Source: Candidatus Woesearchaeota archaeon
GTDB taxonomy: Archaea > Nanobdellota > Nanobdellia > Pacearchaeales > UBA284
Reading direction: 5' to 3'
Length of the DNA stretch: 64,000 bases
NCBI GenBank assembly: GCA_964599615.1
Contig: CAZRGF010000004.1
Coordinates: 3,810-67,809, forward strand
Part shown: positions 48,356 to 57,342 of the stretch, piece by piece
How the letters are laid out: the number at the start of each line of letters is the position of its first letter
Numbering within the stretch: the first letter of the stretch is position 1
The notes under the pieces: model-generated
Databases searched by the model: none
Seen by the model: only the letters and a program-made list of their open reading frames with translations
Told to the model about the DNA's origin: nothing
Made by a program: the position numbers and the translations under genes

Positions 48356-48634
48356 ATGTTAAAAATTATGAATATAAGTGATGTTGTTGGAATGAAGCTG
48401 TTTACAGATTCTGGCGACTTTCTTGGAGTTATAGAAGAAGCCAACCTTGTCGACAATAAGCTTGATAGTTGGCGTGTTAAGGTTGGAAGAGATTCTACCC
48501 TAGCCCCATTATTAAGTGGCGCAAGAGGTTTGATAATTCCACACCAATATGTTAAGGCATTTGGTGAAGTTGTTATAATCAGTAAGGCAGCTGTACCAAT
48601 AAAAGAGGATATGTCTGAAGAGTTCGTAGCATAA
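48356..48634 (+). CDS. PRC-barrel domain protein
   Basis: VVGMKLFTDSGDFLGVIEEANLVDNKLDSWRV pattern typical of PRC-barrel proteins; preferred over the overlapping antisense ORF 48247..48678. Confidence 0.5.
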   Translation: MLKIMNISDVVGMKLFTDSGDFLGVIEEANLVDNKLDSWRVKVGRDSTLAPLLSGARGLIIPHQYVKAFGEVVIISKAAVPIKEDMSEEFVA

Positions 48635-48644
48635 ACATCACAAA

Positions 48645-49130
48645 ATGGTCGATACCGTACAAACAACAATATTTGCAAATCCGTTCTTTGTCTATTTATT
48701 ACTACCTTTCTTGCTTGTTTTTGTCATAGTCTTTTCAATTCTTGAAAAAGCAAAGATTCTTGGAGAAAACAAGAAAGCAGCAGATGTGATTGTGGCGATG
48801 GTTATCGCTTTTATATTTGTGGGGGTTTCTTCTGTTGTTGACATTACTTTAAAATTCATCCCAATTATCAGCCTTTTCTTGGTTTTGATTTTAGGTTTCT
48901 TGTTATTATTTGGTTTTGCAGGCATAAAAGTAGAGGGGAACAAAGGATTGCAGATTGCAATCGGCATTGTCCTGGGAGTAGCTTTCATAGGGGTAGTATT
49001 ATGGGCAACAGGTGTTTGGAGTAAAATCATATTTTCAAGTGTAACACTTCAGTATATCTTTTTGTTTTTACTTTTTGGAGGAGCCTTAGCATTGATTGTC
49101 GCAACAGCTCCTAAGCAAAAATCAGCATAG
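48645..49130 (+). CDS. small 4-TM membrane protein, paralog 1 of 3
   Basis: conserved VFSILEKAKILGENKKA block after TM1, shared with 49615 and 50204 ORFs. Confidence 0.4.
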   Translation: MVDTVQTTIFANPFFVYLLLPFLLVFVIVFSILEKAKILGENKKAADVIVAMVIAFIFVGVSSVVDITLKFIPIISLFLVLILGFLLLFGFAGIKVEGNKGLQIAIGIVLGVAFIGVVLWATGVWSKIIFSSVTLQYIFLFLLFGGALALIVATAPKQKSA

Positions 49131-49157
49131 TTAATAATTAAATTTCATGGAGGAAAA

Positions 49158-49481
49158 ATGGGTTATATAGAACTTGAAAAAAGTATTGATGCACACACAG
49201 GCCCGCTAAAAAAAGCTAGGGCAGGAAAAATAGACAATCCTTACAAATTCCTAGAAGATACAGAAAAAGCACTTGATAATGATTATGGGAAACTTGTTTC
49301 ATCAGGATTTGATGTTAAAGTTAAAAACAAACTTCGAGGAAAAATCCTTTCTGGAGTAGAAAGATTAAGGATACTTGCTCTTAAATATACTCCTGAACGA
49401 ACAGGAGATCGTGAAACATATGAAGAGATGGCAACTCGCCTTGCACTTAAATCAGAAGAGCTTGCTAAAATGGATAAATAA
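49158..49481 (+). CDS. hypothetical soluble protein
   Basis: 107 aa ORF between paralogs. Confidence 0.35.
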   Translation: MGYIELEKSIDAHTGPLKKARAGKIDNPYKFLEDTEKALDNDYGKLVSSGFDVKVKNKLRGKILSGVERLRILALKYTPERTGDRETYEEMATRLALKSEELAKMDK

Positions 49482-49614
49482 TTTTTGGTATATTTCTAAA
49501 TAAATGCTTTTTTGTTTACATCCCTATCTTCAATTAATTTAATAAAAAATCGAAAGATATAAAAAGCATTTATTCTTTTCTCTAGAATAAAAGAGGAAAC
49601 AGTAAAAGAGAAAA

Positions 49615-50166
49615 ATGGCAGATGGAGTTGGAGCAGTTTTCGGCGGTGGATTTTATCAACTGATAAATCAATGGCAAAGTTTCGGTGTATTCACTGTATT
49701 GTTGCCTTTAATCTTGATTTTTGCAGTTGTCTTTGCGATTCTAGAAAAAATTAATATCTTGAATAATAGAGGAGTTCATCTAGTCATCGCCTTGGCTATT
49801 GGATTTTTTACCGTCTCTAATCCATATATTTCTTCATTTTTTATGCCCTTTTTCTCAAACCTGGCAATAGGGATTGTCATTGTCCTTGCACTAACTATTC
49901 TAATCGGACTTGCGATAAAACCCGATGATGATAAATCAATTAAGTGGATTTTTGGTATTACTGGATTTGTAGTCTTCATTGTTATTCTAGGTAGAACAGG
50001 AGTTTTCAATTATTTATTAGGAGACAACATCGGATTTTGGATAAGTCAAAATTCATCCTGGGTTGTCTTGTTTGTCATACTAGCGATTTTAGTTTTGGGA
50101 GTGATAATGGGATCAAGAGGAGAAGGCAATTCTTGGTTGGATGTACTCGCTAAACCAAGAAAATAA
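49615..50166 (+). CDS. small 4-TM membrane protein, paralog 2 of 3
   Basis: VFAILEKINILNNRGVH block. Confidence 0.4.
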   Translation: MADGVGAVFGGGFYQLINQWQSFGVFTVLLPLILIFAVVFAILEKINILNNRGVHLVIALAIGFFTVSNPYISSFFMPFFSNLAIGIVIVLALTILIGLAIKPDDDKSIKWIFGITGFVVFIVILGRTGVFNYLLGDNIGFWISQNSSWVVLFVILAILVLGVIMGSRGEGNSWLDVLAKPRK

Positions 50167-50203
50167 ATTAAATAATAATTTAAAAAATAGATAAAAATAA
50201 AAA

Positions 50204-50698
50204 ATGGTAACTGCTATTGATATGTCTGGATTAGGGACATTCATGCCTATCTTTGCATTTATTCTTGTCTTTACAGTTTGTTATGCCCTGTTAGCTAAGA
50301 CAAAAGTTTTAGGAGAACACAAATTCGTCCATATATTCGTAAGTTTCTGCATTGCAATTATCTTTATCATCTCAGCCAATGCAATCGAGTATGTAAAAGT
50401 CACAACACCTTTCTTTGCAGCTTTTATCATAAGCCTTCTGTTTATTATGCTGATTGTAGGCTTATACAAGGGAAAAGGGGTAGATGAATTCTTTAAAGGA
50501 AATGGCTTTGGGTGGTTGATTGTTATTGTTTTGATAATTATATTTGTATTCTCAGCATTGTTTATCTTTGCCCCATTAATTAATCAGTATATGGCTGGCC
50601 CAAAACAATTTTTGCTTCAGCCGCAGATTCTAGGAGTTTTGATTCTATTGGCTGTCACAGCTTTCACAGCTTGGCTTTTATCTAAGAAACAAGGCTGA
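50204..50698 (+). CDS. small 4-TM membrane protein, paralog 3 of 3
   Basis: CYALLAKTKVLGEHKFVH block. Confidence 0.4.
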   Translation: MVTAIDMSGLGTFMPIFAFILVFTVCYALLAKTKVLGEHKFVHIFVSFCIAIIFIISANAIEYVKVTTPFFAAFIISLLFIMLIVGLYKGKGVDEFFKGNGFGWLIVIVLIIIFVFSALFIFAPLINQYMAGPKQFLLQPQILGVLILLAVTAFTAWLLSKKQG

Positions 50699-50746
50699 AT
50701 CTATTTTAAGTTTATAAGTAATTATTACTTTTCTTAGTTCTCATTA

Positions 50747-50886
50747 ACTTGACTTTGCCATCTATAGGTTTAAGGGTAAATTATCTGGATTTGATTCTTG
50801 ATTTTTGTTTTCGAAGAAGTTTCTGAAAATTTAGAACTAACTGTACATAATCCATTGCAGCATAGCCCGCATTGGCAAAGTTAAAC
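50747..50886. mobile_element. MITE-like element family A copy (first of a tandem pair)
   Basis: 5' aacttgactttgccatctatagg ... 3' cccgcattggcaaagttaaac. Confidence 0.55.
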
Positions 50887-50892
50887 ATTCTT

Positions 50893-51027
50893 ACTTGACT
50901 TCGCCAGACATAAGTGTAAAATATTTTATTCTTAATGTTCGTAGTTTTTCTTTGAAGAAATCTTAAAGAAATCAAGAATCCCCTTGCAGAATTGACTATC
51001 AATTATCCCGCATTGGCGAAGTCAAGT
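50893..51027. mobile_element. MITE-like element family A copy (second of the tandem pair)
   Basis: 5' acttgacttcgccagacataagtgtaaa ... 3' cccgcattggcgaagtcaagt. Confidence 0.55.
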
Positions 51028-51079
51028 CAATAAGTGTTATGGGCATAACTTTATTCAGATACCGGGTAAAATTAGCAAA

Positions 51080-52507
51080 CTAGAACATCTTTCTTCCGAA
51101 TTTCTTGGCTAATTTTTGCAATGTTTTTTGGTCCATCTTGCCTTGACTAGGGTCAAGTCCTTGCATAGAGCCTGTTGCAAATTCTTTTATTAATTTGTAT
51201 TGTTTTATTAATTCGCGAATTTCATTTGCAGATACAGTGCTTCCTTTAGAAATTCTTGAGACTCTGTTTGAATCTAATAAATCCGGATTATCTCTTTCAG
51301 CAGGGGTCATCGAATCTATTGCAAAACGCCATTTTTTCATCTTGCTTTCTTGTACATTGAACATATCCGGAAGTTTTTTTCCTATGCTTCCGCCAAGACT
51401 TCCAAGTCCAGGAATCAACTCAGCCATCTTGTCCATAGGTCCCATCTTCTGAATATTTTTGATTTGATCACAAAAATCAACTAAAGAGAATTTTCCTTCT
51501 TGCAATCTGGATTGGAACTTCTCCTGCTCTTTTTCATCAATGACATTTTTTGTTTTTTCAAGCAACGCCCTCAAATCACCCATTCCCAATAATCTAGAGA
51601 CAAATCCACTGGGGTCAAAACTTTCTAGATCAGCTAATTTTTCTCCTGTTCCAATAAAATAAACAGGCGCGTTAGTCTCAGCACATGAAATTAAAGCACC
51701 GCCACCTTTAGCTGTTCCATCTATCCTGGTTACAATCACGCCTGTTACTTTACAGGCATTCTTGAATCCTTGTGCCTGTTCTTTTGCAGCTTTCCCTATA
51801 TCTGCGGGAACAACTAAGAAAGTTTCATTTGGCTTTATTTCATCATTAATTATCTTAATTTCTTCAATCAGATCATTGCTTAGGACATCCCGTCCAGCAG
51901 TATCAATAATACATAAATCAAATTTCTTTACTTTTTCTTTATACTTGTCATAAATTGCAAGCACATTTTTTTCTTCTTTATCTATAAAAGCCTGAACATT
52001 AGCTTTCTGGGCCATCTGTTCTAATTGCTCTGGAGCAGCTGGCCTGTGAACATCCAACCCCAATAAACAAGTTTTAAAACCTCTTTTAGAATAATAAAAC
52101 GCTAGCTTAGCTGCTTGTGTTGTCTTTCCAGCCCCATACAAACCAAGAAGCATTATCTTGAAAGGCCTGGCTTTTTTATCTACTTTGATTTCAAAACTTT
52201 CTTCCCCAAGAATATTTACAAGTTCATCATGTATCAGCTTAACTAACTGTTCTTTTTTCTCCAATCCCTTTATATTTTCATTCGCTTTTTTCTTTATCTT
52301 CTCTGTTAAATCATCAGCTATCTTTATATCAACATCAGCTTCAAGCAAGCTTCTTCTCAAATCCAAACAGATTTCATCAATAATCTTTTTGTCAATGAAG
52401 ATAGCTCCAGCTATCTTTGACAATGTATTTTTCAAGCTTGTTCCTAATTTATCTAGCATGAAAATCCCAGTTAGTTGGGTTTTATAAAGGTTAAGATTAT
52501 CTCTCAA
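51080..52507 (-). CDS. srp54: signal recognition particle protein SRP54
   Basis: N and G domains (GLYGAGKTTQAAKLA Walker A), Met-rich M domain, 475 aa. Confidence 0.9.
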   Translation of the reverse strand: MRDNLNLYKTQLTGIFMLDKLGTSLKNTLSKIAGAIFIDKKIIDEICLDLRRSLLEADVDIKIADDLTEKIKKKANENIKGLEKKEQLVKLIHDELVNILGEESFEIKVDKKARPFKIMLLGLYGAGKTTQAAKLAFYYSKRGFKTCLLGLDVHRPAAPEQLEQMAQKANVQAFIDKEEKNVLAIYDKYKEKVKKFDLCIIDTAGRDVLSNDLIEEIKIINDEIKPNETFLVVPADIGKAAKEQAQGFKNACKVTGVIVTRIDGTAKGGGALISCAETNAPVYFIGTGEKLADLESFDPSGFVSRLLGMGDLRALLEKTKNVIDEKEQEKFQSRLQEGKFSLVDFCDQIKNIQKMGPMDKMAELIPGLGSLGGSIGKKLPDMFNVQESKMKKWRFAIDSMTPAERDNPDLLDSNRVSRISKGSTVSANEIRELIKQYKLIKEFATGSMQGLDPSQGKMDQKTLQKLAKKFGRKMF

Positions 52508-52889
52508 AAATCGTCTTCCATGAGCAGGGTGTAGAAGGAATTTGGACTTCTAGACCAATACCTCCTCTGCCAGAATGTTCAACGACTCTTCCATACAACA
52601 CAGAATCTGAATCTAACCATTGGTATTCTTGTGATTCATTAACCCGAGTACAATAGCCTTCATTTATATCTTTAAGCAAAAAACAAGAAGAACCTGATCC
52701 TCCTGCACCAAAACTATTCAATACAAATGGCTTTCCCAGTAAATAAACAGTATCTTCCGGAGTTAAAAAATAATACGCATTATTCTTTAAATCTACTTTA
52801 AAGCTTTTAGGGGGATTTGATAAAAATTCTGAAGAATTGCAACTCAAAAAAATCAGTCCAGCTATTACAGATAATAGCGAGTTTCTCAT
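52497..52889 (-). CDS. small secreted hypothetical protein
   Basis: N-terminal signal-like segment, 130 aa. Confidence 0.35.
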   Translation of the reverse strand: MRNSLLSVIAGLIFLSCNSSEFLSNPPKSFKVDLKNNAYYFLTPEDTVYLLGKPFVLNSFGAGGSGSSCFLLKDINEGYCTRVNESQEYQWLDSDSVLYGRVVEHSGRGGIGLEVQIPSTPCSWKTIFER

Positions 52890-52920
52890 CTAAATTAGAG
52901 GCATAATAAATATTTAAGTT

Positions 52921-53262
52921 TTATTGTGGTTCACAGATAGGAAAAGTTTCTAAAGTTTGCCCTAATGGGCCAAGTGATTCGTACAATTCAGAAACTAGTC
53001 TAGAAAGAAATCCCTGGCTTTCTCTATGTAATTGAACAGTGCCTCTAAATAAGCTATGAAGTATCAATTCAGTGTGATATTGTGAAATGGTGTCATCAAC
53101 GAAAGCCCCAATTTTATTATTTGGTACTTGATGCTCTGTTGCCCAATTTCTTGCATACTCTTTAACACAAAAGGTTCTGTTTTTAAGCCTTTTATCATAC
53201 ATCTCATCAGCACATGTTACAGAATCTATTTCAAATTTACGTCTCGAATAACGCTTTCCCAT
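52921..53262 (-). CDS. hypothetical protein, paralog of 53329..53745; atypical composition
   Basis: shared block DEMYDKRLKNRTFCVKEYARNWATEHQVP vs DEMPYITQYAREHRIP. Confidence 0.35.
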   Translation of the reverse strand: MGKRYSRRKFEIDSVTCADEMYDKRLKNRTFCVKEYARNWATEHQVPNNKIGAFVDDTISQYHTELILHSLFRGTVQLHRESQGFLSRLVSELYESLGPLGQTLETFPICEPQ

Positions 53263-53328
53263 GTTTGTATTAGGGTTTAAATCTTTTTAAGTTTTATTGT
53301 AAAAAAAGGCAATTATCCGAATAACTTG

Positions 53329-53745
53329 TCAAAAACCTGGATAAGTAGATTCTCTTCGTTTTTCAGCTCGTTCAGAGAGTGAATGATATAAAGTATAAAC
53401 CAAGCTAGTTACTGGTTGGGGTTGTGGTCTTGGAAGAAAATCTTTATCTGTTCTGCAATCAGCAAGTTCTGGTGGAAGTTCAGCAAAGTCAACTGTATGC
53501 CCCAGAAGTGAAAGAAACTCTAAATTATTTCTTTTAATAACCTGGCGATAAAAAGAATTTCTATACTTTAGTGGAATTCTATGTTCTCTAGCATATTGCG
53601 TTATATATGGCATCTCATCAAACTTAACTTTTGTTTTTCTTACTTTTACTCTTCTTTTTCCATAAATTCCCAATCTCTCGCAAAGAGCATGAGAACAAAC
53701 TCCTGACGCTTCTTCAATATGTCTTTTATTATAATATGTATCCAT
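53329..53745 (-). CDS. hypothetical protein, paralog of 52921..53262; Pro/Gln-rich segment
   Basis: see paralog; R/Q/P-rich and K-poor unlike neighbouring genes. Confidence 0.35.
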   Translation of the reverse strand: MDTYYNKRHIEEASGVCSHALCERLGIYGKRRVKVRKTKVKFDEMPYITQYAREHRIPLKYRNSFYRQVIKRNNLEFLSLLGHTVDFAELPPELADCRTDKDFLPRPQPQPVTSLVYTLYHSLSERAEKRRESTYPGF

Positions 53746-53785
53746 CTCTTTGATTGGAACAAGTGATATTTAAAGATTATTGTAA

Positions 53786-54985
53786 TCAAGAGAATAATTT
53801 ATCTAGAATTTTCTTTTTGTCAAAAACTTCCAAGTCTTTGTATTCTTGTCCTACTCCCAAAAAAAGAATTGGTTTTCCAGTGACGTAGCTTGAAGAAATC
53901 ATTGCCCCCCCGCGCTCATCAACATCTGCCTTTGTCAAAATTAAAGCATCTATGCCAATACTTTCATTAAAACTTTTTGCTTGCTCAACAGCGTCGTTTC
54001 CTGTTGTTGATTCAGCAACAAAAATCTTTAAATCCGGTTTAGCAACTCTAACAATCTTTTCCATTTCCCTTATTAAATCAGCTTTGTTGTGCATCCTTCC
54101 GGCAGTATCTATTAAAACAACATCAATATTATTTGCTTTTGCATGAGCAATTGCATCAAATGCAACAGAAGCAGGGTCTGCACCATATTTTGACTTGATA
54201 ATTTCAACTTCAAGTTTTTGAGCATGCATCTCCAATTGTTCTATTGATGCTGCCCTAAAAGTATCTGCTGCAGCCAAAATCACAGAAAATCTCTTTTTCA
54301 ACATCCAGGCTAATCTTGCTATTGTTGTTGTCTTCCCAGAACCATTTATTCCAAAAAAGACAATGACATACGGTTTCTTCTCCTGGCTTTTCTTATTTTC
54401 CTCAATTTTTTTCTCTAAGTCAAAAGGTTCAATCAACAGGCTAGAAACCGCTTCTTTAAGGCTTTCTTTTATTATTTCTTCAACTTCTTTTTTCTTGACT
54501 TCTTTCCCAATCAATTTTTCTTTTAGTTTTTCTCTCAGAGAATCAATTGCTTCCATTGCGACATTGTTCTCTATCAGTATTAATTCAAGTTCATTGAAAA
54601 ATTCATGGTAAGCTTCTTCGCTTAATTTCATTGAAGTGAATCCCTTTGCTAGTCTTGAGAAAAAACCTTCTTTTTTCTCTTCTCTTTCCTGTTCTTTTTC
54701 CTCTTCATCAATCTTTTTCAGTTTCTCTTCTCTTTCTTCTTTTTTCTCTTCACTCTCATAGTCCTTTATTGATTCTTTAATTTCACTGGGAAATTTAGGG
54801 GATTGCTGGTGCCCAGAAAATTTTTCATTTTCTTGAGTTTTAGGAGTTTTTTCTTCAATCTTCTCCTGAACAACTATCTCCTCCTTTATTTCTTCTTTTT
54901 TCTCTTCTTTGATTTCTGATTTTTCAACTATCTTATCTGTTTTCTGGAACAGATCATTCAATTTTTTCTTTAAAAAGTTAAACAT
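53786..54985 (-). CDS. ftsY: signal recognition particle receptor FtsY with K/E-rich N-terminal domain
   Basis: NG domain with Walker A FFGINGSGKTTTIARLA. Confidence 0.85.
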   Translation of the reverse strand: MFNFLKKKLNDLFQKTDKIVEKSEIKEEKKEEIKEEIVVQEKIEEKTPKTQENEKFSGHQQSPKFPSEIKESIKDYESEEKKEEREEKLKKIDEEEKEQEREEKKEGFFSRLAKGFTSMKLSEEAYHEFFNELELILIENNVAMEAIDSLREKLKEKLIGKEVKKKEVEEIIKESLKEAVSSLLIEPFDLEKKIEENKKSQEKKPYVIVFFGINGSGKTTTIARLAWMLKKRFSVILAAADTFRAASIEQLEMHAQKLEVEIIKSKYGADPASVAFDAIAHAKANNIDVVLIDTAGRMHNKADLIREMEKIVRVAKPDLKIFVAESTTGNDAVEQAKSFNESIGIDALILTKADVDERGGAMISSSYVTGKPILFLGVGQEYKDLEVFDKKKILDKLFS

Positions 54986-55058
54986 AATTATCTCAATTTG
55001 AAAAGATTAATAAATGTTGTTCTTTTGTATCTATAAATAAAAAGATGGTAACAAAAGA

Positions 55059-55099
55059 GTTTTGGTGAAAATCTCAATTTTCACAACGTTGCAAAACTC
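55059..55099. repeat. promoter-proximal motif D copy 2 (gttttggtg...cacaacgttgcaaaac)
   Basis: reverse-complement match to 18247..18287; 35 nt upstream of the 55135 start. Confidence 0.5.
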
Positions 55100-55134
55100 A
55101 ACTTAGGATACCTACTTACACACATATTTAAAAA

Positions 55135-55797
55135 ATGATTTGCAAAATATATCTATTCAGGCACGGCCAGACAACATATAATAAAAAACACATTTTTACT
55201 GGCTGGACAGAATCTGGATTAACTAGATTAGGAAAAGAACAAGCAAAAATTTTAGCAAAAAGATTGAAAAACAAAGAAATGGATGTTGCTTTCCAGACCC
55301 ATTTATCCAGGTCAAAAGACACCTTAAAAGAAGTCTTAAAATTCCATCCAGAATGTAAAATAATTATTGAAGATGATAGGATGCTTGAAAGAAGCTATGG
55401 GAAATTAGAAGGGCATTCTCATAAAGAGTTTATTGAAAAAGAAGGTACTGATGATTATAACACCCTGTTGCACTGGCATAAGATTGATCATCTCCATCGG
55501 AAGGAAAGAGAAGAATTTATAAAAAATGTTGGTGAGGCTGAATTTAAAATAGTTCATCGTTCTTACAACATTCCGCCTCCTGGAGGAGAATCTGTAAAAA
55601 TAGTTGAAAAACGTGTCAAGTCATTCATCAAAGATTTAATCAAGTTCATGAAAAGAGAGAAAGTGAATGTGGTCATATCTAGCCATAATAACTCAATGAG
55701 GCCTTTTAGGAGATATTTTGAGAAACTCTCCGTAGAACAGATGATGCAATTAGAGAACCCTTTTGATGATTATTTTGAATATTCTGTAAAAGTGTAG
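55135..55797 (+). CDS. histidine phosphatase family protein (phosphoglycerate mutase-like)
   Basis: LFRHGQTTYN RHG catalytic motif. Confidence 0.65.
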   Translation: MICKIYLFRHGQTTYNKKHIFTGWTESGLTRLGKEQAKILAKRLKNKEMDVAFQTHLSRSKDTLKEVLKFHPECKIIIEDDRMLERSYGKLEGHSHKEFIEKEGTDDYNTLLHWHKIDHLHRKEREEFIKNVGEAEFKIVHRSYNIPPPGGESVKIVEKRVKSFIKDLIKFMKREKVNVVISSHNNSMRPFRRYFEKLSVEQMMQLENPFDDYFEYSVKV

Positions 55798-55809
55798 GCT
55801 TCCCTTATA

Positions 55810-56235
55810 CTACATTGATAATTTTCCTTCTCTTTCAGCAGAAAGAAGTGCACTTTCGATATTGCCTTTCAATTTGCTAGAGGGTCTGTCTAGAATTCCA
55901 ATTGCAGGTTCTTGTTCAATCCCGCCAACTCCGAAGAGGTTACTTCTTTGAACAATATCCACTGTCCAATTAAATTGTCTTGGATCAGGCTCATCTGATG
56001 GAACATAGACCTCAAAGGTTACAAAAGGCAGCAGGTCTCTGTCCTCTTCCCTACAATTAAGAACAATAAGTGAAAAATTGTAATTAGTTCTTTTTTCATC
56101 ACTAGCCGGATAAAATGAATCAAATCTTGTCCGATATCTCTCTCCAAGAATTCCCCTAACTTGTTCTTGAACAATATTGTTCATCACTATTGGGGCATGC
56201 ACCCCTGGTTGAAATACCATGTTTTTATTATACAA
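55810..56235 (-). CDS. hypothetical protein with atypical (Q/R/P-rich) composition
   Basis: 141 aa, convergent with the phosphatase gene. Confidence 0.35.
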   Translation of the reverse strand: MYNKNMVFQPGVHAPIVMNNIVQEQVRGILGERYRTRFDSFYPASDEKRTNYNFSLIVLNCREEDRDLLPFVTFEVYVPSDEPDPRQFNWTVDIVQRSNLFGVGGIEQEPAIGILDRPSSKLKGNIESALLSAEREGKLSM

Positions 56236-56367
56236 CTTTATTTTTAAGTATTATTGTTCTCAAACGGTATACTCAAATGCTTCTCTTTTCTTTACATATA
56301 TATTTTTAAATTCGATATTCTTGTCTAGATTAACTAGGGGCACAAGTTAGAGGAAAAAGAATAGAAC

Positions 56368-56934
56368 ATGATTACTTATCAAGAAATTTATGATATCTTA
56401 AGAAAAGAGAAATACAATGAACCTTTGCAAGACCTTCCAGCAAGTTTTCTCAAAGAACTAGCAATGTATCTTGAAGATAAAAAACAGATATTAAGCAAGT
56501 CAGAAACGAGTTTATTTTCAGACACTTTAAAAGTTACAAGAAAACAGCTAGATAATACTGTTTCATTGATAAAAGAGATATTTTCCATAAGGAACAAAAA
56601 AGTCCTTAATCTGAGTTTTACAGCAGCAATCACAGGTGTCAGCAAAAGAGATACTGAACATCTTCTTGATCATGAAAAATTATTATTTGAACAAACTGTA
56701 AAACAATTAGAAGAAAACCAAAAATTTCTCTTGCTGTATTTTGAAGGTAAAGTAGAAAAAGAGAAAGATTTGAAAAACTTATTCTTGAGGTTCAAGCAAG
56801 AAGTCCCGGCTTTTTTGCTTCCAGATGGCTCTGAAATCGGCCCATTCAAAACAGGCGACGTAGCAAATCTTCCGAAAGAGATCGCTTCCATCATCTTAGC
56901 AGATAAAAAAGCAGTTGAAATCGATGTTGAATGA
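56368..56934 (+). CDS. possible GINS complex subunit (Gins51/Gins15-like)
   Basis: N-terminal ITYQEIYDILRKEKYNEPLQDLPASFLKELAMYL resembles the archaeal GINS A-domain start. Confidence 0.35.
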   Translation: MITYQEIYDILRKEKYNEPLQDLPASFLKELAMYLEDKKQILSKSETSLFSDTLKVTRKQLDNTVSLIKEIFSIRNKKVLNLSFTAAITGVSKRDTEHLLDHEKLLFEQTVKQLEENQKFLLLYFEGKVEKEKDLKNLFLRFKQEVPAFLLPDGSEIGPFKTGDVANLPKEIASIILADKKAVEIDVE

Positions 56935-57023
56935 AATCTAAGAAGAAGTGCAATATATTCAAGTTATAGCAATCAATCTCAATCATCCTTAAGATTTAAA
57001 AACCCTGAAATGTAAACATTAAA

Positions 57024-57341
57024 ATGAAACTACCCAAAGAAGTCAAGAGATATTGCAGACATTGCAAGAAACATACTAGCCACAAGGTGGTTATAGCAAG
57101 TTCTGGACATAAGAGAAGTTCAATGAAAAAAGGCTCAAAAGAAAGAGCAAGACTTAGGGGAAGAGCCAGGGGATACGGTAATCAAGGAAGATGGAACAAG
57201 CCAGCTATCTCTAAATGGAAGAGAAAAACAAAAGGTACTAAAAAAACAAATTTAACATTCAAATGTCTTGTTTGCAACAAAACAAGTCTTCAGAAAAAAG
57301 GCAAGAGAACATCTAAATTCCAGATAAAGGAGGGAAAATAA
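57024..57341 (+). CDS. rpl44e: 50S ribosomal protein L44e (eL42)
   Basis: CRHCKKHTSH...CLVCNK C4 zinc-binding pattern, K/R-rich, 105 aa. Confidence 0.8.
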   Translation: MKLPKEVKRYCRHCKKHTSHKVVIASSGHKRSSMKKGSKERARLRGRARGYGNQGRWNKPAISKWKRKTKGTKKTNLTFKCLVCNKTSLQKKGKRTSKFQIKEGK

Positions 57342-57342
57342 A

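Noticed and set aside
48247-48678. 143-aa minus-strand ORF
   Set aside because: Antisense to the PRC-barrel ORF 48356..48634, which has a recognisable domain signature; the minus frame is low-complexity.
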